DNA from: a virus
Direction: 5' to 3' (one strand)
Virus record (IMG/VR): IMGVR_UViG_3300044213_000170
Coordinates: 81,401 to 145,400 of that record
Length of the DNA: 64,000 nucleotides
This document shows, one piece after another, positions 1-6,379 of the stretch (positions are counted from its first letter, which is position 1; each line of letters starts with the position of its first letter). The notes beneath the pieces were generated by a model. It did not search any database and was not told the origin of the DNA. It saw nothing but the letters and a program-made list of their open reading frames with translations. A program made the position numbers and the translations under genes.

Positions 1-75
1 TGGCAGGGGGTTAGGGAATCGAACCCTATCACCTACGGTCAAAGCGTAGTATCTGCTCCAATCGATTTACCCCCA
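1..75 (-). tRNA. tRNA-Gln(UUG)
   Basis: Cloverleaf; anticodon loop CUUUGAC; GTTCGATTC T-loop; encoded CCA at window edge. Confidence 0.85.
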
Positions 76-159
76 ACTGATCTGAAGTGTTGCTTATTCT
101 ATACAATGTACAATATAAGCAACAGTTTGTTGGTCTCGCATAATGCGAATTATAAAACT

Positions 160-236
160 TGGCGACCCCGGATGGATTTGAACCACCGACATTTGGTTTT
201 GGAGACCAACGTTCTGCCAGACTGAACTACGGAGCC
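160..236 (-). tRNA. tRNA-Trp(CCA)
   Basis: Cloverleaf; loop CUCCAAA; CCA end. Confidence 0.93.
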
Positions 237-243
237 ATTAAAT

Positions 244-334
244 TGGCGGAGGGCTAGAGAGTCGAACTCTAAAGGCGCTATTAACGCTCGGCGGTTTTCA
301 AGACCGTTACCGTCACCAATCGGCTTGGCCCTCC
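244..334 (-). tRNA. tRNA-Ser(UGA)
   Basis: Loop CUUGAAA; long variable arm; CCA end. Confidence 0.93.
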
Positions 335-343
335 ATTTTGTGA

Positions 344-456
344 TTGTCGTTACGGGGTTTACCGTACCTGAAACTAGTCCCACCGCTTGCCAATCTTACT
401 GAATGGACCTATAGACTTATGTGGCGCTTCCGTGCATTCTCATTACACTATGACAA
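344..456 (-). ncRNA. tRNA-like structured RNA with enlarged central region
   Basis: Terminal pairing UUGUC/GACAA; D-like arm GUGU-AAUGAGAAU-GCAC; T-like hairpin UACGG/CCGUA; no canonical anticodon arm. Confidence 0.4.
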
Positions 457-460
457 AACT

Positions 461-538
461 TGGCGCAGACCAAAGGACTCGAACCTTTGCGGGAATCTAG
501 AATGCGGAGGACATGCCCCCTACCCCTCCATTATCTGC
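461..538 (-). ncRNA. tRNA-like RNA with canonical acceptor/T arm/CCA but aberrant D and anticodon region
   Basis: GCAGAU/GUCUGC-G-CCA; CAAAGG-UUCGAGU-CCUUUG; internal GGAGG/CCUCC hairpin. Confidence 0.6.
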
Positions 539-545
539 ATTAACT

Positions 546-621
546 TGGTGCCGTCGCCATGAATCGAACACGGGACCTTCTCATTACAAGTGAGTTGCTC
601 TACCAACTGAGCTACAACGGC
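546..621 (-). tRNA. tRNA-Thr(UGU)
   Basis: Loop CUUGUAA; CCA end. Confidence 0.93.
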
Positions 622-630
622 TTTAATAAA

Positions 631-709
631 TGGCGCACCGTACGAGATTCGAACTCGTGATCTCCGCCGTGACAGGGCGGCGCCTTAGGCCAGACTGAGC
701 TAACGGTGC
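631..709 (-). tRNA. tRNA-Asp(GUC)
   Basis: Loop CUGUCAC; CCA end. Confidence 0.93.
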
Positions 710-714
710 AAATT

Positions 715-790
715 TGGCGCTCGGTAGGGGAATCGAACCCCTCTTCCCGCCGTGAAAGGGCGGTGTCCTAGACCGATAGACGAACCGAGC
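715..790 (-). tRNA. tRNA-Glu(UUC)
   Basis: Loop CUUUCAC; CCA end. Confidence 0.93.
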
Positions 791-796
791 ATAATA

Positions 797-870
797 TCTT
801 GAGACGGTGGAATCAAACCACTCTAGTCAGCATCTTCTCTGTGAAGATGCCCGTAATCATACTCCTCAAA
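797..870 (-). ncRNA. Degenerate tRNA or tRNA-like RNA
   Basis: UUGAG/CUCAA ends; GUGG-UUUGAUU-CCAC T-like arm; 8-bp GCAUCUUC/GAAGAUGC hairpin; no CCA. Confidence 0.45.
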
Positions 871-872
871 AT

Positions 873-939
873 ACTATATGTAAGTACACTACTCATCGGC
901 TGTGCCATTTGACTGTTCGGCAATGTACTTGCATATAGT
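873..939 (-). ncRNA. Long-stem structured RNA candidate with GCCGAA after the stem
   Basis: About 16-20 bp terminal inverted repeat (actatatgtaagtaca...tgtacttgcatatagt). Confidence 0.45.
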
Positions 940-1022
940 TTAGGGCTGTGGTCACTTTCGACTTAACATTTAACTAAGGCTTTCTTTATGCATTTATATC
1001 CTTAGCACCCTTCTTAAACATT

Positions 1023-1051
1023 ATTATAAAAGAAAATACTTTTATTGTCAA
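1023..1051 (-). promoter_or_regulatory. sigma70-type promoter
   Basis: TTGACA-17-TATAAT. Confidence 0.85.
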
Positions 1052-1056
1052 CTATG

Positions 1057-1141
1057 TAGTGGATGCGGTTGGAGTCGAACTTACTCATCCGAAGAAACTG
1101 GGTTACAGCCAGCCACACCTCTCCAACTGTGTCGCACTTCC
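1057..1141 (-). pseudogene. Degenerate tRNA-Tyr(GUA), tandem paralog of 1149..1234
   Basis: Loop CUGUAAC; variable arm similar to its neighbour; mismatched T stem; 3' end ACUA instead of ACCA. Confidence 0.7.
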
Positions 1142-1148
1142 ATTAATT

Positions 1149-1234
1149 TGGTGGGTAAGGATGGATTCGAACCAACTCATCCGAAGGAAAGAGATTTACA
1201 GTCTCCCGCGCCTCTCCAACTGCGCCGCTTACCC
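1149..1234 (-). tRNA. tRNA-Tyr(GUA)
   Basis: Loop CUGUAAA; long variable arm; CCA end. Confidence 0.92.
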
Positions 1235-1243
1235 ATAGTACAT

Positions 1244-1272
1244 ATTATATCGAAAAAAATAATTTTCGTCAA
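1244..1272 (-). promoter_or_regulatory. sigma70-type promoter
   Basis: TTGACG-17-TATAAT. Confidence 0.8.
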
Positions 1273-1314
1273 CTAAAAAAAAAATAGCCGTAAACTTGTT
1301 AAGGCTATTTTGTT

Positions 1315-1389
1315 TGGTGGAGGATAGCGGGGTCGAACCGCTGACTGAAGCTTGCAAAGCTACCGTGTTCCCAACTATACCAATCCCCC
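1315..1389 (-). tRNA. tRNA-Ala(UGC)
   Basis: Loop UUUGCAA; G3:U70 pair; CCA end. Confidence 0.92.
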
Positions 1390-1400
1390 CGATAACTTAT

Positions 1401-1574
1401 TTATTCTTCTTTGCCACGCTTGGTGGACTTTGCCAACCGATTATTAGTTTCAATCATCTTAGTATACATTTTGAAATACTCGCGACGATCGGTATTGTTT
1501 AAAATCCTTGCAGCACGGCGCTTAACCGCTTTAGGCATTTTTATTGCTTTAATGTCATATCCTCTACAGGTCAT
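1401..1574 (-). CDS. Small basic hypothetical protein (57 aa, MTCRGYDIKAIKMPKAVKRRAA...)
   Basis: Manually translated ORF below the track cut-off; GAAAG upstream; fills the gap between RNAs. Confidence 0.6.
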   Translation of the reverse strand: MTCRGYDIKAIKMPKAVKRRAARILNNTDRREYFKMYTKMIETNNRLAKSTKRGKEE

Positions 1575-1599
1575 TTTATTTCTTTCAAAAATAATTAAT

Positions 1600-1820
1600 T
1601 GTAGTTCAGTGTCCTCAGGTTTATCACTGATGTTTAGACGTTCAGAGCCGGACTTCCTAACGTCGAGTTCTTCCAGGACTTGTTACTCGGGCTACTAAGC
1701 CAGGTGCTCCTTTTCAGCTACCGCCCAAAATGGACAGTGGGGAGTTGAACCCCCTCCTGCTTTACACTAGTTCAACGTTCGAACATCTTACTAATGTGCT
1801 TTTCACTTGCTAACACTACA
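1600..1820 (-). ncRNA. YrlA/Y-RNA-like RNA with a circularly permuted tRNA-like domain
   Basis: 5'->3' order: T arm (GGGG-UUCAACU-CCCC), loop-closed acceptor stem (ACUGUCCA-UUU-UGGGCGGU), D-like arm, all closed by CAGG/CCUG; UGUAG/CUACA termini. Confidence 0.6.
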
Positions 1821-1824
1821 AACT

Positions 1825-1900
1825 TGGTCTCCGTAGAAGGATTTGAACCTTCACCGCATGGTCCCAAACCATGAACGCTACCGGGTTACGCTATACGGAG
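1825..1900 (-). tRNA. tRNA-Pro(UGG)
   Basis: Loop UUUGGGA; CCA end. Confidence 0.92.
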
Positions 1901-2331
1901 TTTATACTTTTCAACATAATCGTCTATAATGGGCTGAACCTCATTAACATAACGACTATGAACATAACTATGATGTGTAGGACATAAAGGAACTAAATTC
2001 GCAGGTTCATTGTTATCATGGTTGTGATCGTGATGATGCACTGCTACAATTTTATCTTCCTCACACACTACACACTTTTTATCGTGGTGTAAGAAGCAAA
2101 TGGATTGATACTTTTCGCCCTTCCAATTACCGTTACTTTCACCACTTCTAAAATGCTTGTTTGAACAACTTCTACTGCAAGTACCTTTAGAGTTCTTGAA
2201 GTCCTTAATAGGGGTCGAACATACTATACATTCTTTTATATTAACAGGATTTAGATAACAATTATCCTCGTGCCGTTTAATATTTTGTGGTTCGTTTCTT
2301 TACCGCAGTATTGACAATTAATATGTTTCAT
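1886..2331 (-). pseudogene. HNH homing endonuclease with a 1-nt frameshift near 2290
   Basis: MKHINCQYCGKET continues in another frame as QNIKRHEDNC...CSRSC...CVVC...VHHHDHNHDNN...NLVPLCPTHH; span of 446 nt is not a multiple of 3. Confidence 0.75.
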
Positions 2332-2400
2332 ACATTTATTTATCATTTAGCGCACAGAATGAGATATTCTCAAACAGACTGCTCTACACTCCGAAATCTC

Positions 2401-2476
2401 TGGTAGGACGTGACGGTCTCGAACCGCCGACATTCACGGTGTAAACGTGACGCTCTACCAACTGAGCTAACGTCCT
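2401..2476 (-). tRNA. tRNA-Val(UAC)
   Basis: Loop UUUACAC; CCA end. Confidence 0.93.
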
Positions 2477-2495
2477 ATATCTTTTACTTATGTTT

Positions 2496-2524
2496 ATTAT
2501 ACAGACACAAATAATAAATGTCAA
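2496..2524 (-). promoter_or_regulatory. sigma70-type promoter
   Basis: TTGACA-17-TATAAT. Confidence 0.85.
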
Positions 2525-2629
2525 ATAATTTTTGCAATTTCCGGTGCAAAAACTGCACTTGCAAATGCTATATAAAATAATAATATCAACATACTCTAAT
2601 CCTCTAGACTATAGTATATTTAATATGTA

Positions 2630-2703
2630 TGGAGCGGAATATCAGAATCGAACTGATGACGTCTGCTTGGAAGGCAGTGGTTTTACCATTAAACTAATCC
2701 CGC
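2630..2703 (-). tRNA. tRNA-Gly(UCC)
   Basis: Loop CUUCCAA; U73; CCA end. Confidence 0.92.
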
Positions 2704-2713
2704 ATTTTATTCT

Positions 2714-2790
2714 TGGTGCCTTGACCTGGATTCGAACCAGGGACCTACGCCTTATCAAGACGGTGCTACTACCAGCTGAGCTATCAAGGC
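2714..2790 (-). tRNA. tRNA-Ile(GAU)
   Basis: Loop UUGAUAA; CCA end. Confidence 0.88.
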
Positions 2791-2795
2791 CAATT

Positions 2796-2880
2796 TGGTG
2801 CCCCCCAAGAGACTCGAACTCTCACGCCTTGCGGCGCTGGAACCTAAATCCAGTGCGTCTACCAATTTCGCCAAAGGGGC
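2796..2880 (-). tRNA. tRNA-Leu(UAG)
   Basis: Loop UUUAGGU; long variable arm; CCA end. Confidence 0.93.
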
Positions 2881-2889
2881 AATGATGTT

Positions 2890-2966
2890 TGGCTCCTCGA
2901 CGTGGGCTCGAACCACGGACATCTTGATTAACAGTCAAGCGCAACTACCAACTGTGCTATCGAGGA
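2890..2966 (-). tRNA. tRNA-Asn(GUU)
   Basis: Loop CUGUUAA; CCA end. Confidence 0.93.
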
Positions 2967-2985
2967 ATAAAATTCAACAGTATAT

Positions 2986-3015
2986 ATTATATATGCGATA
3001 TAAATTTGCTGTCAA
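2986..3015 (-). promoter_or_regulatory. sigma70-type promoter
   Basis: TTGACA-18-TATAAT. Confidence 0.75.
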
Positions 3016-3116
3016 GTATTTTAGAACACACTAGTGATTCGACCTAGTAAATGGGCCCGCCACAATAGTTTATCGTTCTATCGGCCGAGTTATTCGTCTA
3101 ATGTGCTCTAAAATAC
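3016..3116 (-). ncRNA. Long-stem structured RNA candidate with GACGAA after the stem
   Basis: Terminal inverted repeat gtattttagaacacactag...ctaatgtgctctaaaatac. Confidence 0.5.
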
Positions 3117-3129
3117 CTTCTTATTAAGA

Positions 3130-3262
3130 AGATATGTTAGGGTTGTACCCTAACCAGTTATCTGTACTTTGCTGTTATCGCCAGCATTTCATCCAACTGT
3201 CCGCCCATTTGTCACATTTTATATGGCGTTGTGTGCTGGCTCGCGTTGCCTTATCACGCCGA
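3130..3262 (-). ncRNA. Structured non-coding RNA candidate
   Basis: Stems GUUAGGGU/ACCCUAAC, CAGUU/AACUG, GCCAGCA/UGCUGGC, GGCGU/ACGCC in a non-coding stretch. Confidence 0.45.
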
Positions 3263-3292
3263 AAATTAACAATAGTCAATTTTCTTTTTACA

Positions 3293-3326
3293 TAAACAAA
3301 AACCCCAGGGTGTTTAATCCTGGGGT
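3293..3326 (-). terminator. Intrinsic terminator (attenuator)
   Basis: ACCCCAGG-loop-CCUGGGGU followed by UUUUGUUU. Confidence 0.85.
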
Positions 3327-3351
3327 CCTTAGAGTGGTTGTAGTGTTGTTT

Positions 3352-3495
3352 TTACGCTACAATGTCCCCCTGGACCCCGATCTTAATCTCCGGTGTACGA
3401 TCATTATGATTTCCAGTAACCATACACCAAGAGGCAGACATCGCCTGTCTCTGTTTGGCATAAAAGTTTACTGATGATGATAAAATCGTGTTCAT
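3352..3495 (-). CDS. Putative attenuator leader peptide (47 aa, all 20 amino acids)
   Basis: MNTILSSSVNFYAKQRQAMSASWCMVTGNHNDRTPEIKIGVQGDIVA*; lies between a consensus promoter and the terminator; overlaps the antiterminator arm. Confidence 0.65.
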   Translation of the reverse strand: MNTILSSSVNFYAKQRQAMSASWCMVTGNHNDRTPEIKIGVQGDIVA

Positions 3496-3505
3496 GATGT
3501 TTTGT

Positions 3506-3534
3506 ATTATATGTTATTTATACTTTGTTGTCAA
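3506..3534 (-). promoter_or_regulatory. sigma70 promoter with embedded T4-type late promoter
   Basis: TTGACA-17-TATAAT; TATAAATA at 3515-3522. Confidence 0.85.
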
Positions 3535-3575
3535 GAAGTTTTGATTATGTTGTAAAAATACAACAAATTAAAATT

Positions 3576-3660
3576 TGGTGCGCCTAGCCGGAATCGAACC
3601 AGCATGACCGAAGTCGGGAGATTTTAAGTCTCCTGTGTCTACCTATTTCACCATAGGCGC
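3576..3660 (-). tRNA. tRNA-Leu(UAA)
   Basis: Loop CUUAAAA; long variable arm; CCA end. Confidence 0.93.
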
Positions 3661-3680
3661 ATTTGTTTTGCAATAACTCT

Positions 3681-3709
3681 ATTGTAGCAATATTTCTATT
3701 TATTGTCAA
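3681..3709 (-). promoter_or_regulatory. sigma70-type promoter
   Basis: TTGACA-17-TACAAT. Confidence 0.75.
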
Positions 3710-3729
3710 CAATATTTTGTTGTTATTTT

Positions 3730-3821
3730 TGGTACCAGCGGAGGGGATCGAACCCTCTCAAGAACGCTAATCTGGCGCTAAAAGTCTTATAAGGACTCTC
3801 TGACTTCCAAGTCTCGCTGGT
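3730..3821 (-). tRNA. Non-canonical tRNA with UAU anticodon (reads AUA), long V-arm and minimal D-loop
   Basis: Loop CUUAUAA; 7-bp acceptor stem; T arm; CCA; D hairpin GACU-UGGA-AGUC; V-arm AGCGC/GCGUU. Confidence 0.8.
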
Positions 3822-3826
3822 AAAAC

Positions 3827-3903
<77 letters not shown>

Positions 3904-3912
3904 GATTTTTCT

Positions 3913-3941
3913 ATTATATGTTATTCTGCATTTATTGTCAA
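3913..3941 (-). promoter_or_regulatory. sigma70-type promoter at the head of the tRNA array
   Basis: TTGACA-17-TATAAT overlapping the MTase stop. Confidence 0.85.
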
Positions 3942-4859
3942 TGACAAATTATTTATTGCATCTATCTGCTGAAATCGTAAATCCATCTTAGTAAACATAG
4001 AAGTATCTTGTTCGATTAAAATGCATCGACGATTTTTGTTAGATGCAGCAATACCAGTGCTTCCACTGCCCGCAAAAGTATCCAACACCATATCACCAGG
4101 TTTGGATAACAATTCAATAAAGTACTCTAACACTTCAGTAGGCTTTTGTGTGGGATGAATTTTATCTTTGCCCAATCCGCCGCTATAGGTAATTGTGTTA
4201 GGAATAACACATTCGATCAATCCGTTTGATCTTTTGCGATCAGCCAACATCTTTTTACTATCAGCTAATGCCTTAGCAAACGCCTTGTCGATTGGTATAC
4301 CTTGAGAGATATATTTGTATACGATACTGCTGACTTTGTCTGCCGCCGCATAACGCTCAACCATAGATCCTTCAGTCGCATCTGCATTAAATGTTCTAGA
4401 GCCCTTGGGTTTAATGCCGAACAAAACGTATTCACAGCCACTTACTGGATTTACTCGACGATTGAATGGGACTGCTGCAGGTTTTTTCCAAGTCCATACA
4501 CGCTTAGACTCAAACCCAGCGTCGTTCATTGCGGTAATGAGATAACTTAAATATCTATCACTGATAAAAATTGCAAAACTTCCGCCCTTACGAAGTTTTG
4601 TAAACCACATCCTTGCCCAATCATTTAACTGTTGTTGGAATTCTTCATGACCAACATCGTCCCAGTCGTTATCAAATTCTTCACTGAAATTTTGATTATG
4701 GATTGTTGTTTTATTTTTGCCGGTTTCCTTGTCGAGCCAAATTGGATTTGCACCGTTTTTACTGATATTGTAAGGCGGATCTGTCAACAACAAATCAATC
4801 GAAGAATCGGGTATTTGATGTGCAATTGTCAAACAATCGCCGTTTAATCTAGTAATCAT
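3921..4859 (-). CDS. Site-specific DNA methyltransferase (N6-A/N4-C, beta class)
   Basis: DPPY motif near the N-terminus; HPTQKP; DTFAGSGSTG near the C-terminus; start moved to ATG 4859, 7 nt after TATAAT. Confidence 0.92.
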   Translation of the reverse strand: MITRLNGDCLTIAHQIPDSSIDLLLTDPPYNISKNGANPIWLDKETGKNKTTIHNQNFSEEFDNDWDDVGHEEFQQQLNDWARMWFTKLRKGGSFAIFISDRYLSYLITAMNDAGFESKRVWTWKKPAAVPFNRRVNPVSGCEYVLFGIKPKGSRTFNADATEGSMVERYAAADKVSSIVYKYISQGIPIDKAFAKALADSKKMLADRKRSNGLIECVIPNTITYSGGLGKDKIHPTQKPTEVLEYFIELLSKPGDMVLDTFAGSGSTGIAASNKNRRCILIEQDTSMFTKMDLRFQQIDAINNLSLTINAE

Positions 4860-4866
4860 AAATGTG

Positions 4867-4895
4867 ATTATACAATAATTTGGATTTATTGTCAA
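4867..4895 (-). promoter_or_regulatory. sigma70 promoter giving a likely leaderless MTase mRNA
   Basis: TTGACA-17-TATAAT-7nt-ATG. Confidence 0.8.
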
Positions 4896-6379
4896 TATAC
4901 TATCATAAACCCTGGTAAATTATTACCGGGCATATGACTAGGGGCGTGATATTGGAATTTAAACTTTAAATCGGTGAACGGTTTCGCTGATGCAACTACT
5001 CCCCCCTCATCAGTGATATCCAATCTCCCCAAATATGCAGAACTTTGATTGACTACATTGGTCATCATTTTTGCATATTCTTCTGCATCAGGTCCTTTGG
5101 TCACTGCATTTAACGTGCCAACACCCAATGCATAAGTTAATATGTCTGTTGCAGCTTTAACTGGATTAGCTTTGAAACTAGGATATCCTGCTTCTTTTTC
5201 GGCGGCCTTGTCTTTTTTCATACCCATATAGAACTGACCGTCGGCAGGTAATCCTACAGGTCTTCCCCAAGGACCAGCAACCATTATTGGATAGATTGCC
5301 TTTAAGAAATCTCCGTAGTCTGTTGCACTATTGCCTTTTACTAAGGATTTCACTAAATTTTGAAGTGACGTCCAGTTATCAAATTCTCCGCCAAGGATCT
5401 CTACGGCTTTTTTATATTCAGGAATCTTAACAAAATTTGCAGCTTTTACCAACTTATCGACGTTCTTGCCGCCGGCATTAGGATGATATGCTTTAAATAA
5501 AGCAAATAGCTTTTCTTGTGTACTATCTTTCTTAATGGTTTTTTCAAAGTTATCCATTAAATCACTAATACTTCTGAAGCTAGTGCCACTACCTGTTAAA
5601 CTTTTAACACTAAACTTTGTAGAACCAACAATTACATCAACTAAAGGAAAATTGCCCTCGGCCGGAAATTCAATTGATTGATTGCCTTTAGCAAACATTA
5701 TAGGTGCTAATATTTCTCCAAAGTCTACACTCAATTGATTTCTTGCTCTATCAGTCAAATGTCGATTTACTTCCGGATCTAATGTAGTGTTGCCGCCACT
5801 GGCTGCTACATTAACTAAACCCAATAATATTTGCATTAATTCGGGACGAGTTTTTGTTTTTGCTAAGACTGCTTGTTGCGTAGCAGATATTAATTCGTCT
5901 TTTGTATATATTTTACCGGCTAACCCTAATGTTGTAGGTGTAAACTCTTTAATGCTTACACTAACGCCAGTCTCATCTGTCTTTGCACCAGAGCTAGCAA
6001 CAACCAGTGTATAAATTACTGTATTAACTACATTGTCCGCAGTATCATTGCCTTGTGGAGGTTTATTTGCTGATATAGGAGTGGCGCTTGTTTCGAAACT
6101 TAGAATATTGTTTCTATATTTGCCGCTGATTGCAGCCTGTTCAGGTTCTATTGGCAGGGAATCTAATCCATGCGATTGAAAATATTGCTTAATCGCTTGT
6201 TTCTCTGCTCCGAATATACGAATATAAAATACAGGGCTAATATTTTTTTTCTCCACTGCAAATCTGTAGTCAGGCAGTTGTTCTTGCAAATTTTTTGCAA
6301 GAGCCTGTGTTTCTGCGCGGGTCGCATATCGCGCCGCTACATCTAATTCTTCAGATATTGTTATTTCGTTAAATCTCAT
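4892..6379 (-). CDS. Putative PD-(D/E)XK (restriction-like) endonuclease with a capsid-targeting-like N-terminus
   Basis: DFGEILAP...FPAEGNFPLVDVIV...FSVKS; adjacent to the MTase; starts MRFNEITISEE. Confidence 0.55.
   Translation of the reverse strand: MRFNEITISEELDVAARYATRAETQALAKNLQEQLPDYRFAVEKKNISPVFYIRIFGAEKQAIKQYFQSHGLDSLPIEPEQAAISGKYRNNILSFETSATPISANKPPQGNDTADNVVNTVIYTLVVASSGAKTDETGVSVSIKEFTPTTLGLAGKIYTKDELISATQQAVLAKTKTRPELMQILLGLVNVAASGGNTTLDPEVNRHLTDRARNQLSVDFGEILAPIMFAKGNQSIEFPAEGNFPLVDVIVGSTKFSVKSLTGSGTSFRSISDLMDNFEKTIKKDSTQEKLFALFKAYHPNAGGKNVDKLVKAANFVKIPEYKKAVEILGGEFDNWTSLQNLVKSLVKGNSATDYGDFLKAIYPIMVAGPWGRPVGLPADGQFYMGMKKDKAAEKEAGYPSFKANPVKAATDILTYALGVGTLNAVTKGPDAEEYAKMMTNVVNQSSAYLGRLDITDEGGVVASAKPFTDLKFKFQYHAPSHMPGNNLPGFMIVY

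Noticed and set aside
88-124. AT-rich hairpin between tRNA-Gln and tRNA-Trp
   Set aside because: A single spacer hairpin with no other supporting feature.
461-538. Amber suppressor tRNA or stop-codon recoding
   Set aside because: The CUA segment has no anticodon stem, and genes are intact in code 11 with TAG and TGA used as stops.
1600-1820. Bona fide permuted tmRNA
   Set aside because: Short, no encoded CCA, only a few nucleotides of intervening loop, and no convincing tag ORF; kept as YrlA-like.
150-3474. ORF-track calls over the tRNA array (150..383, 344..562, 1296..1502, 1411..1698, 2532..2885, 2795..3034, 3169..3474)
   Set aside because: They overlap tRNA or structured RNA genes, mostly antisense, and lack protein-like features.
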